A stretch of 64,000 nt of DNA from Balanoglossus misakiensis. Its lineage: Eukaryota; Animalia; Hemichordata. Every line of letters starts with the position of its first letter. Within the stretch, counting starts at the first letter, position 1. A program made the translations under genes and the position numbers. Under the pieces are notes generated by a model. That model was not told the DNA's origin, did not search any database, and worked only from the letters and a program-made list of their open reading frames with translations. Shown here one piece after another: positions 26,087-38,300 of the stretch. Location of the stretch: contig CM082576.2 in NCBI GenBank assembly GCA_040954595.2, positions 7,691,129-7,755,128 on the forward strand, written 5' to 3'.

Positions 26087-26103
26087 TAGCGCCCCCTTGT
26101 GGC
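26087..26103 (-). promoter_or_regulatory. CTCF-like motif between receptor and TRAF3
   Basis: Reverse complement GCCACAAGGGGGCGCTA, one mismatch to the CTCF core. Confidence 0.5.
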
Positions 26104-26341
26104 GACCGGGAAACAACGTGCTGCGTACAGGTAAGATAGATACTTCGGTAGCAGAATATACAGGCACTTTTTGCCGTCAGCCTAGAAATGTACACTTTGC
26201 TCCGTGAGTTTCTACGTCCAGGCAAGTTGTAAAGTAAAAGACGTAACAATTGTAAAGCATGGACGTACGTACAAGGTAGATTGCATAGCCCTGCATTACA
26301 AGTCAGCGTGCTCCCGGCCTCCACCACACCACATGCACACT

Positions 26342-26462
26342 CCACAGTCGCGTGATGACTGTGTGTTTACACGGCGCTGGCCTAATAATACACATGAAAA
26401 GTGTCCTTTTCCTGTGTATTAGGCCAGTGCCGTGTAAACAAACAGTCATCACGCGACTGTGG
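26342..26462. mobile_element. 121-bp palindromic MITE-like element with 6-bp target-site duplication
   Basis: Arms CCACAGTCGCGTGATGACTGTGTGTTTACACGGCGCTGGCCT and its reverse complement (2 mismatches in 42), with pairing continuing inward. Flanked by CACACT at 26336-26341 and 26463-26468. Confidence 0.85.
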
Positions 26463-26528
26463 CACACTTCACCTCGGTGGAGGCTGGGTGCACGCCGGTA
26501 CCTGTACGCAGGGCTACGTACTGCCTAC

Positions 26529-26622
26529 AGGTCTGTGTGTTTTCGGGGTTACACGGCCCATGGACGGCCCAACTACACTCCACCACAAGGTGGACGCCGT
26601 GTAACGCAGAGAACACAGACCT
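26529..26622. repeat. Second imperfect inverted repeat/hairpin
   Basis: AGGTCTGTGTGTTTTCGGGGTTACACGGC pairs with GCCGTGTAACGCAGAGAACACAGACCT. Internal stem TCCACC-ACAA-GGTGGA; direct repeat TACCTGTACGC at 26499 and 26626. Confidence 0.7.
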
Positions 26623-27426
26623 AGATACCTGTACGCGAGCTATACACAGCTCGAGGTTTGCTTGGTACATGTATTGGGTGTTATAACTTTTTTTAATAGT
26701 ATCAAAAAAATTGACCAAAAAGGTAAAAAGAGAGCAACTTAGTCCCTTCAAGTTTTAAGATGCAAAACAAACAATTCTAGGACTACAAATTTTTATGACA
26801 CAGGAACGGGGAAGAAAATTCATAGAAAGTCGGAATTTTCCATAGCTCTTTGGTGTAAAAATTGTATTTGACAAATAATTTTGCAATTATATGTATTACA
26901 TTTGTAAAAAGGTGACTCTTGCACCTCAAAATGGCAGGATGGGAGGTCTCATATGCCGGGTGCGTGAAGTTTGCCATGAACGTTCTCTTCCAGATGCAGT
27001 GCGTAGTAACATTCCATGATGTAGAATTTTGAGAAAACAGAGTTACAATATTATCATTTTCTCGAAATTTTCACAAAAGGTGCTTAAGAGGAGTAAAAGC
27101 TGTGCCCACTTTGCATTTTCCAATCTTTGGGACTCACTATAAACTGAAAAAGTAGCATGGGAACACCCTGTTTTCTCTCATTCATTTAATAAACATTATA
27201 TATATGAATAACAGGAAAATTACAATATTCTATCCTTTAAGTAGGTAAGGATCTATGAAGAAACGATAAGCCGATACTAGATTCACCCAGGGAGATTTAC
27301 TCACTTACCTGACATAAAATGCACTGTTCTCAGCTAATAAGTTGGGGGTACAGTTTGTATAAAAGATTATTGACGCCTCCCAAGGTCATGCTGGCAGTGT
27401 GTCGGCGCACATGCATATTAAACACC

Positions 27427-27626
27427 GGGCGTTCCCCCCGTGACGATGACGTACGTAGTACGCGATTGCTCAACCGCGCGGGGAAAGCCCTCTCGTGACG
27501 TCATTAACTGTAGCTAGCAGTACGTGGTTTACGTACGTAGGGTAGGGAGTTTGACGGTACTTTAGTGTATCGGCGGCCTCTCTAGCTAGGTTAAAATTGT
27601 CAATTCTTGGAGTACGGGTTTTCCCC
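27427..27626 (+). promoter_or_regulatory. Putative TRAF3 promoter: CpG-rich, three kappa-B-like sites and a CRE
   Basis: GGGCGTTCCC 27427-27436, GGGGAAAGCCC 27480-27490, TGACGTCA 27496-27503, GGGTTTTCCCC 27616-27626. Candidate non-coding exon donor G|GTAAGA near 27711 and acceptor at 28554, just upstream of ATG 28570. Confidence 0.6.
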
Positions 27627-28569
27627 CTGTGAATGTTGATTGTTCAAGACTTAAAAAACCAGTATTGGTGTTTCCATGGTCTTAAAAGAGCAATATTTCA
27701 GTGCATAAATGGTAAGAAAACTTGTCATCTTTATCCGTAGACTGTGATGAAAGGCATAGTCTCTCGATTTTATGTCATCTAGAGTAGAGGTTGGTCCACG
27801 ATATGGGAAATCGTCTTGGTATTTGATAGGGTGTCGACGTGTCATGACGACGTCAGTCGCCAAACATAGGCGTTCACATATCAAGACGATCCCCAAACCA
27901 TCTCCAAACATGTATGTGCTTTTATACTGTGCGCCATCTTTGATATGAGACGGGGGCGTATTGGTGATACAGAACGCGTATGACAAAATGTAGCTACTAC
28001 AGTGTAGTATATGAGCGGCATCCCCTGTTACGGGGGGGGGGGGGGGGGTCTGTCGGAGATTAGAATTCGTGATATACTAGTAAAGAAAACACTGACTATG
28101 TCACTGTGCTTTATTTTTTGGTGATGTTACGTGTATAATATAATTGGGTACAATATATTGGCCTGTGTTTTGTCATATTATTTTTCTGAGATTCTGTTTG
28201 CTTGCCTGTGCACGGGAATCAAGGCAATCAGGTTTTGAAACAGATGAATTTAGTAAGTCTGGTTTGGTGTTTTTGTTGTTACCTAGCTTCATCTAATAAC
28301 AAACTTTGTTACAAATTTTACATTATTTGCTGAAATTGATTTCAGTTCATTGCCTCCCTTTAGGATGTGGATAATTACTCTCCCTGGCCTCCTGTAAATA
28401 GGAGTTTGAAACTGTGAAACTGTGGTGTCGAATTTATGTTTTAACCATCAGAATACTGACACCAGTTATTTTATTCCGTTTTTGCAATGCAGTCATCATT
28501 TGTTTGCTGAATTTTCAAGAAGTATTCCACAACATGAAATATTTTCTCTCTCAGGCTGTATTTTAACAG

Positions 28570-31500
28570 ATGGCATTTCACTATAGTTTACCAACACCAT
28601 TACAATCATCAACTCCGCCCGGTTCTCTAGAAGATGGATACCCTCTTGAGATATTTGTCAAAGCTCCTCCAAGATCCTGTACATGTCCTTACTGCACAAA
28701 GGTCATCAGATCCCCCCATCAAATAGAATGTGGTCATCGATATTGTCATATCTGTATTAATAAAATTTTAAGGTAAGTACCAGCTGCTATAGTCAAAACC
28801 AAATGCCATAATGCATTATTGTAGTATTTGCCCGTAATTATTTACCAGTGCACATTTTGCATGAAACGTACATGTACTGCACTCTTGAGGTTGACACAAA
28901 CCTTGTAGATGGAGAATGTTTAAACTCAGGCTGCAGCATTGTTATTTTATTGTGTATTTAAAAAATGGAGTACACAAGCTAGGAATTTTATTTGACTGTT
29001 GGATAGTGGGCTTCAAGACTGCATGTAGTCCCTACTACAACTGTTCTCACTACTAGTACTTCTTACGAGTACTTCAATCCAGATCTGACAGGGTTTAGGT
29101 TTCCAACTGCTAAAAGGCATGAATACTTATTTGTATACTTACCATGGTTTAAGGTGCTGTCCTCTTCTTGCATACCTTTTCATCCAAGTATATTATTTTT
29201 TGTTTCATCCAGTGATTCAGATCATCCGGTGTGTCATGTGGAAAACTGCAAAGAACCAATAAACCGAGAAGAGATTTCAAGGGATCACGCCGCGCGGAGG
29301 GAAATCGAAACCATGCAGGTTTACTGCAGTATGAAAGATAGAGGGTGTACTGTGAAGGTTAAATTACGAGAACTGGGCAAACATCAACAGGAGTGTAATT
29401 ATGCTCTCATTGACTGCATTCATAAAAGCAGAGGATGTTCTGCGCAGATTGAAAGGAGGAATCTCACAGATCATTTGAAGTCGGAATGTCTGTATAGACA
29501 GGTGATTTGCGAATATTGTGGAGAGTCGACAACCAATGAAGACCTCAAAGTAAGTCTTGTTCTTCTGGTGGTATTGCTACAGTACGTTTCAACACTTAAG
29601 GGTAATTTGCCAGGTTAAAAATATATAATTTAAGGTGGGGCATTCGCTGTTGGCATCCCTTGAACTACATGTAATAGTAAAGGGGAGTTTCAAAACAAAA
29701 TTTCTTTTGCGGAGATGTGTGTCTATATAAATTCAATTGTTTTGGTTTGTAAACAACATACTTATGTGTGACATGACAACGGTTCGTTACAATCTTCAAT
29801 CAGCCACTACTGAATGGACTTTGACAGTGGAGAAATTTTAGTTGCCGTTGTAAATGTATACTGTTGTTTCAGTTTCAGTGCAATTTGTAACCTGTCCCAG
29901 AAAACAAATTGAATGTACATGTACATATATAATTGTATACAACCGATTCTAACCTGTGAATTTTTTTTAGGATTATAAGTTTCCATTCTTTAATTCTCAA
30001 ATATTTCTATGGTAACATTTGCCCTTACAATGTCTTTTTTAAAGAAAAGAATGAACTTACCAGAGACTTTACGATGACTCCATTCATCCTACGTAATGCT
30101 CTGCTTTGTTTGTATGCACAGTTCCATAATTTATCACCGGAATTCATTTTTTCCTGGCTGGCTTCATAGAGCTGCTCTTCAGCGACCACAACCAGACTTG
30201 AGAGGCTGCCTCAAAGTCATAATTTTTATAAAACTAGCATTTCAACATACTTTAGCATGCCTACGATGAATGGACAGCATGTACTGTTCCTTTTCAAAAG
30301 CATTTAACCATAATGCTTTGGGGTAATTCAGGAATTGGCAACAGGCCAAAATTACGTATTGTGAAATTGGCATTAGTCCAACTGTACGGAGGTATATTTT
30401 GGCAGAGCTCCAGTTTCCGTCTTCTTTGATAATGCTTTAAAGGGTCTAGAAAACCTCAAAGTCCAAAGTTGAGAAACAACTCCCCTTTATCAATCCTGTG
30501 TGTCGGTTACGGCCTATCAAAAATAGCTGGGTTTATAGACAGTTCACTTAACGTTGATTGTTACAGAAGTTGCGAAATGATCACTAAATAAAATAAACAT
30601 TTAAGACGTACATGTACCTTGCTCTGAATTTGACTTATCGATGCAGCTGATAAGTGGGAATAAAACTTATAAGGCCATGAAAATGCTTATCATCTACAGG
30701 CCCATTTAGAAGAATGTGACTTGGCTCTGGTGTCTTGTCCAAACAACTGTGATGTCAAAAACTTACGAAGACAGGAGGTAAGCTGCTGCCTGAATGATGG
30801 ACAGATGCCAAAGTGCACCCGTTTTTTTTAGATAACAATGTTCTTTTTTTGTCGATGATGTTTAAGAATGTGAGACTGGATGCAAAGAGTCAACAACAAT
30901 TATACAGCATCTTTTGTTGTATGTCAGTGTTCCAAGTCTGTAAAATCATAGATCGCCAGTCTAAGCTCCTTTATACTTCCTGAGACGTTTGTGTAAATTC
31001 TGCTTGGTGTGGTCTGTCCCACTAAAATGGATAACCAATGTTTGTGGAATGCTCTCATGTAATAACCTTTATTTTTTGCCACTTGTAGATCAAATTAAAA
31101 GAGAATGGATCCTTCATATAATTCTTGGAAGTAGCATCGTTTGAAATATGTCTTATTTCTGATTTACAGATTGAACAACACTTACAAAAATGTCCCTTAC
31201 AACAAAGTTTCTGCCAGTACAATGAATATGGATGTGAATTTAGGGTAAGTTAACACTAAGTGCAGACAGAGTTCCTCTTACTACCGGGTATGAATTTTCT
31301 AATTCAAATCAGTCCTCCGTTGTTCTGTCTCTTTGATTCGGTACGTTTTGTAATAGAGCCTACCTCCCCCAAGGTGTTTTTGGCCACTGACATTGTACAA
31401 TATTAGTAAATTCAATTCTGAAAGTTTGGCAGTCTTTCAACACATCACAAGAGCTGCTCTGTAACTGTGAACACTCCTTGATGACTTGCAACAGAATGTA

Positions 31501-34500
31501 CGTCTAACCTTTAATTCATTTCTCAAAGGGTACATGTTTTGAGGTCCTCGATCACGTGTCCCACTCGTCCAATGAGCATCTGCTGATGGTCAAGGAGAGC
31601 CACTCCCGGCTGGAGCTGAAGTGCTCCCAGCTGGACAGGCGTTGCACGGAGATGGAGAACCAGAAAAGCATCATGGAGAACAAATTCCAGCAGGTGTCCA
31701 CGGAGCTGCAGGTTGCCAACCACAAGGTCGAACAGCTGGAAGAGAAAGTGGTGAAGCTGGAGAGCCAGAGCAACAAGATCGAAGAGAAAGTCAGAGATTC
31801 ACATGTTAGTTCCATTTTAAACACTGGTGACTTGGAAAAGTAACTTGTCCCATAACACGAGATGGTTGTGTCGGTGTGCGGATAAACTTTACACTGACTT
31901 GTCAAAGAGAGAGAGTGAAACAGTTTGAATTTAACTGGCTACAAACTAGCCATACTAAAGCTTTAAGGGGTAATGGCTTTAAGTTTTGATAAGCCTTCAT
32001 TTGTTTCAACATGGCATAATTGAACATTCCCACAAAAGGTAACAAAACCATTGCTCTGTGGAATCATGTCACCGCACTTTGATGGTTAACTGTCAAACAT
32101 TTCAATCAGTAATTAAGCCACGCATATGCTTTGGCCGTTCGTCTGCTGAATGAGCAAATCACAGAGAGGCAGGTAATCGGAAACCACACGTGACAGAGAT
32201 AAGACTTGAATTGGTTGATCTGTGGATGACTCAGATTGATAACTACAAGGGTAGTACTATTAGGCTACTTTCAGACATTAATTGGAGTTCAACATTAATG
32301 ATGATTATTTGTGAACACCCATTGCACAAGTGCATACAATTTGGTGATATGAATGACATGTCAAAAACTGACTCTGTCAAGGAAGAGGAAGTACTGGTAC
32401 TCAGAAGCACAAACATGTTCTCATTTCAAAATGGAGTTGCACTGTGTCCGTCTATGACCTCACAGGTCATGTGATGAATGAAGAGGTCAGTGAACCATTT
32501 GCTGAGGTCGGAGTTCGTGGAAGTTGACTTGAGTCCTGTTTATTATCCCTTCCAGGCAAAACCAACTGGTTTGACCTGAAGTGTGAATACAAATTACTTT
32601 AGCATAACATCTAGCATATTTTTATTGTGCTGAAGTTCTCATATGGGAATGTTTATCCATTTTTTTTATTTTTATCATTTCTGTAAAATTAAGATCATGA
32701 CTCAAAACGTTCACATACCATTAACGATATAGTCATGCCAATATTATATTTTTTTCCGAAAAATACAGAAAAAAAATGTATTTATGCGTGACAATGTGTA
32801 CTGCAACTTTACAATTCTTAGCCTTGTAACAGTCCAGGATAAAGCAGAAAGCACTTGTGCAAAAGACAAAATCAGTGTATTTAAAAAAAGAAATGAAAGA
32901 ACCATAGAACAATACTCAGTAATGTCAGGATTTAGGAGAATGTTCCACCAGTCACTTCATTCCCAACCCCAAGTGTACATCTAGGAAGTCCAAAATAGAG
33001 GGAATCCGAGGCCTTGACATTCATTCTGTTTCTTTCTCGCAGACCTGGTCGGAATATCTCGTGTGTGCATTCTCGTATGTTTCATAATCCAATATGATGA
33101 GCATAACATGAGAATAACTGATTTTGAAATGTAGAAAAGTAGTTTGAAATTCTCACAGATTCCCTGACAAAGAATCTTCCCCATTTTGTCTGTGGTTGTA
33201 AAAAGTAAACAATCAAAATCTTCGTTCCCTGTACTTCAGACTTTCGGTGACATGTTTGATGGGATTGCTGTTACTGTCAGGAAATTCTTAAACAGAAAAC
33301 AATGTTTTTTCATGATTGTGATCAGGAAAATGCCATACCCCATAAGTAAACAAGTAAGACAATAGGTTGGTCCTCCACAATAAGTATTACTGTAATTATC
33401 TGTATGTTTCCGAATTATTTCCACTTGCAGAAGAAGGAAATGTACTATCACTTCATTCCTCTTTTTGCTTTGGTGTATTTTTTCTCTCTTAAGAAACTTG
33501 TTGCGACTCAGACTGACAAGATGATGAGAATGGAACACGATCTGAACCAGAAAGCCAAGAAAGAAGACACCGATGAGTGCAAGAGGACAACAATGGCAGT
33601 CCAAGAAACGTGCCGTAGGTTGGAAGATCGAGTCGATAGGATGGAAACAGAAAGGCTCCATGTAAGGTCTGGAGGCGGGTCACATGCGGCGGAGATAGGT
33701 ATGTCACTGCTCAAAATTTGTTTCTTTGTTGATATTTACGAACATGGATCAAATTTTCTCATTTGCCTTGCCGCCAGTGATATGCAACAAATATGGCAGT
33801 TGGCAAAAGTCTTGATAGAAATGTATCGAATGCGAATGTAAGTTTGAAGCATTGTGACAAAATGACAACAAGAGAATACACTGGATGACAGGAAAGGGCA
33901 TTTTAATGTGTCTTGAGAGAATGGCTAGAGAACTAACTAGTATGACTTCTGGCCAGGATATCGGAGGAAATGAAGAGTTACACAGGAAGTAAATCGCAAT
34001 AAATTATTTCCATGATTGCAGATGAGATGAGGAAGACACTCTCTCAAATTGGTACCCAGCTTGGCATGCATGACGTGAGACTGGCCGAGCAAGACCTGAG
34101 ATTTCAAGTCCTGGAGACTGCATGCTTCGACGGGATACTGATATGGAAGATCAAGGACTACACGAGACGGAAGCACGAAGCAGTGGTGGGCAAGACTCTG
34201 TCGCTCTACAGTCAACCGTTCTACACCAGCAAGTACGGCTACAAGATGTGTGCCAGGGTGTACCTCAATGGTGATGGTATGGGGAAAGGCACCCACATGT
34301 CGCTGTTTTTCGTCGTGATGCGCGGCGACTATGATTCACTCTTGTCGTGGCCGTTCAGACAAAAGGTATGTGTCTGAAGATGATCCAGTTTCATAAAGGT
34401 GGCATTTTTCATTGCTGTGTAGACGTGAATTGTAACATAAGGAAAAAAAAATAAATCGAGTCACCAAAAATGGTTATAACCTAATACCACAGCATTTTAA

Positions 34501-35365
34501 ACATTTTCCCGTCTGTCAGGTAAGGTACACTGTGAAAAATTAAAACAGTAAGAGTAAGGTCCGTATGCTTAATCGCTTATTGATTAATAGAGTTGCGGTT
34601 TATCATACTCATATCAGTGCAATGGATAAATAATAACATCTTTACCATCTGAGCCTCATCAGGAGAATATCCTGCTGCCCGGAGATGAGCAGCCCACATC
34701 AACAGGGACAAACGTCCACCATGGAGATTTTAACCCAATGCACTGATGATATGCTGCCATGAGCAAAAAAATAGGCTACTAACCAAGTACAGAATTTCAT
34801 GCTCTGGCAAAAAAGTTATAGTACTCCAAAAGTTTGACCTCAAATGTTAAATGTCTGCTGACCCTTTCACCGTGTCTGCGTCCTGCTCCACTGACGTCTT
34901 CATGTAAAGGTTAATAGGGCAAAGGTGAAAGGGTAAGTAAGGTCATACATTCCCTATGGGGGGATGACTCACTCTCCCTCGGGTTACAGACGTATGCTGT
35001 TGCCCACATAGCCAGTCAATATGTGTATATTGCTGTCACAGTTCAGTGTCCACATTCACAATCGTTGAAGAACGACTTGTTGTGCAGGAATCCTTGCACT
35101 CTGACCTGAGAGTAACATCTTGTTTCGCTTCTTTCAGGTGACGTTGGTCTTGTTGGATCAAGACACTAGCCGCCGCAACTTGTCAGATACATTCAGACCG
35201 GATCCAACAAGCAGCAGCTTCAAGCGTCCCACCAGTGACATGAATATTGCCTCCGGCTGCCCGCTCTTTGTGTCCCAGTCCGTGCTGGAAACGCCGACTT
35301 ATGTCAAGAACGACACGCTCTACATCAAGGTAATCGTCGATACATCCGACCTGTATGGCCCTTAA
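28570..35365 (+). CDS. TRAF3: TNF receptor-associated factor 3 (RING, TRAF zinc fingers, coiled coil, MATH/TRAF-C), about 576 aa
   Basis: Exons 28570-28772 (RING CPYC..CGH..CHIC), 29213-29549, 30700-30777, 31170-31244, 31529-31789, 33494-33698, 34022-34365, 35138-35365; 1731 nt in frame. C-terminus HDVRLAEQDLRFQVLET...LSLYSQPFYTSKYGYKMCARVYLNGDGMGKGTH...MNIASGCPLFV...IKVIVDTSDL closely matches vertebrate TRAF3 as recalled. Confidence 0.93.
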
Positions 35366-38300
35366 ATAGTTTGCAGCGTTTGCCCTCTGGTCTCACTAGT
35401 CCAGTTTTGAACATGTTTATTTATAATATTACTGTTCAGAAATGGCTTTCTGAGGCTCGGTGGTGACTTACCTCTTCATGATGTAACAGTGCTCATAATT
35501 TGCTGGTTTACCATATACACAAGATTTTTTTCATTTTATAGGTACATGTACCATAGTACCGAATTCATGATGGTTATTAATGCCAAATGATGGGCCATGT
35601 TGCCTTTTGACAGTTTTGTTCTCTTTATCAAAGTGTCATATTTTCATTGAATAATTACGTAAGTGTGTGTAGATACTAGAAGTACATGAAAGAGATGCCA
35701 CCTTCTACTTGTTACGTTTGTAGTATTTCATTTGTATATAAATGTCAGGTTATAGTTACTATGACTGCAGTAGGAAATACGAGAAACTACAATTTAGCAG
35801 TGAAATCCCTGCTACCTTTCAACCAGAAGAGAATTTTTTGATAACCGGCAGTTATGAGCACAAGTTATACAGGCCATACAAACTGGTGGATGTCAGTGGA
35901 GTTATGCAGTGATAATTAAGGAATGATGTGTACTGAATGAGGTGGAATCGTACAGCTTTATTGCATGTTGCTATTGTTTGTGTACTAGCATTTCAGGCCA
36001 GCAATTCTCTATCAACATTGTATCAACTGCAATTTCTTGTGTTTATTTCTCTAGCATATGATAACTGCCAATTTGCTGCTGTATTGTCAATCACAATCAA
36101 TCACAAGTTAATTCAAACCGTCCAGAGTTAAGATTTCCGTAGTTCTAATGTTGACTTCACATGTACATTGAAAAAATGTACATCATGAAACTGCAGTTGA
36201 TACACAGTAAAATAGTGAGAGAAAAATGGTGAAAACAGAGCTAGAGTCTGGTCTATGAGAATTGATCCATTGAAGGATTTGACTAACAAAAGCCCATGAG
36301 CTGCAACTTTTAGGATAATAATCGTGAAATTTATTTTCAACTGTTCAAATTTTGAACCATGAATGAACATAAGTTATCATAGCATACTGCAATAATCTGA
36401 GATCAAAGTGGAAATGTTTACTGAACATACATTATTAACATTGAATTGTGATTCAATGCCAGTTGTATGCTCTGCTGACAGTCACCCCCTTGATAAAGCG
36501 TGTTGTTATTATATGACTTTCTTCATCTTGTGCATATGTGCACTCACTCAATATTAAATGTGAAAGATTCAGAACTCTGTTGTGCTGGCTGTGTACGTTC
36601 ATAAAGTTGAATTTGTTTCTCAGACAGAACTGTAGAACTTGCACTAATCCACTAGTATAGCAATACAAAAAAGCACACACACATGCATACACAGAAACCA
36701 CATCTGCAATCTGATTAAAATCAGATGTAGGGAACTTGTCTCCTCTGTGGTGGAACTGCAAAGTGAAGTTGATTTCAAATGAGTTTTGAGAACGAGTGCC
36801 TTCATTATGCCACCAGGTTGACGGCAATGACACTGGACTTGCATATTACATGTACACATAAAAGATGCGGTGCAGAATAGGAAAAATGAAAGACAAAAGC
36901 CAGGATCTGTATGCTTCAAATCTGCCGAATAGCATTTTAATACTATCGTAGTCATGGAAACAAATGTCAGTTTGGAGTACAATAATATGGGGTTAACATT
37001 TTGGGGTAGCCGATAAATCAATACAATATTTCTTGTAAGAAAATTAACATCCAGTCTGTGAACTGAGCTATGAAATAAAAAAGTCACCAAAACATGCCAT
37101 CTTGGTAAAACGACACTCACTGATATGCAAACACTCCTTCACATAATATAAAGTCGGTAAATTATACAATAAATAAAATGGATCAATGAACTTCAAAATG
37201 ACATAATTCTTTTTCACTTTGTAACTTGGTTTGTATTTGGTTGGATTTTTTTTTTGCACTGAAATGGTTACTGACAAGGATGGCTGAGTTGTGTCACCCA
37301 CATGCTTCTTTTACAATGTTTTTATGGTGTCTTGGGCAGTCGTTTGATGAACAACACAAATTAACTGAGCAGCCCTTGTCAGATGCCACTCGAGAGGTGA
37401 AAGGTCATTGCTCCTGAAGAGGCGGCAAAACTCTTGGGGAAAAATGCTCACTTTGTGGTAACAAAAATCAGATATTTGATTACAAGGTCAAGTTCAATGA
37501 AAAGACAAAAAATAACTTGATTAATCTACAATAATTGACACATAATTCACAAATTTATCATGAGATCAATCTTTCCATTTGCTCTAGAATGTAAACTACA
37601 AGATTGCAGAATGACAACTTCAAATAAGTCACGGATTTTGTCACCGACAAAAATAAGATTTCGGTTGCCAGTTCTACGCATATACTAAATCAAAATGTTC
37701 CTTTGTCCAACATTTGGAGTATAAATGAGCATTTTTTTGCACCTGCATGGAAAGAGGGTAATACAAATATCAACCTTTGCCAAAATAATGAAATCTCTAC
37801 AGAGAGCAAGTGTCACTTTATTTCTGCTAGGAACATGACACCTGGTTGCTAAGGTGATCCACAGACCGCTGGCTTCCAAGATGTCAACTTCTTACCACAA
37901 TGGAAATTGTGTGCTGCAAGTACCTTTGTTTCAATATCAAGATTTTACGAAGAGAATTTCCAGAAGACAGTGCAAGTCATATTATTTACTCTGCATTGTT
38001 AATTTTAGATGGGAAAGTGAAGACACCACAAAAACAACCAGACGAAGCCCGTGCAGTAAAGACCAACCATAAACGACAAACCAAATTCACATTACCCAAA
38101 CCCAAAAGAATCAAGAAAGAAGTGGAATTCATTCCAAGACCGACTGACATCCCGAAAGTTGACATGAAATGGTTAAAACGAAGAAAGTTGCACCATTTAC
38201 AGCGGAAACTAAAAAGCCATTGAATTTCATTGTGAATTTCTACACACACTCACACGTACACACAAGCAGATGTTGACTGTTCTGGTCAAATTCCTGTATT

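Noticed and set aside
26343-26461. CACAGTC termini resembling the RSS heptamer or Transib/ProtoRAG TIR
   Set aside because: No nonamer at 12/23 spacing, no 5-bp TSD at those boundaries, and no RAG-like coding sequence nearby.
32471-32579. Box C/D-like GTGATGA...CTGA in a TRAF3 intron (also ATGATGA...CTGA at 14388-14476 in EML)
   Set aside because: No recognisable rRNA/snRNA guide complementarity and weak terminal stems; would need a snoscan/Infernal search.
37900-38223. 107-aa Lys-rich ORF between TRAF3 and HECTD1
   Set aside because: Lies antisense to the T-rich presumed HECTD1 3' UTR; no domain or splice support.
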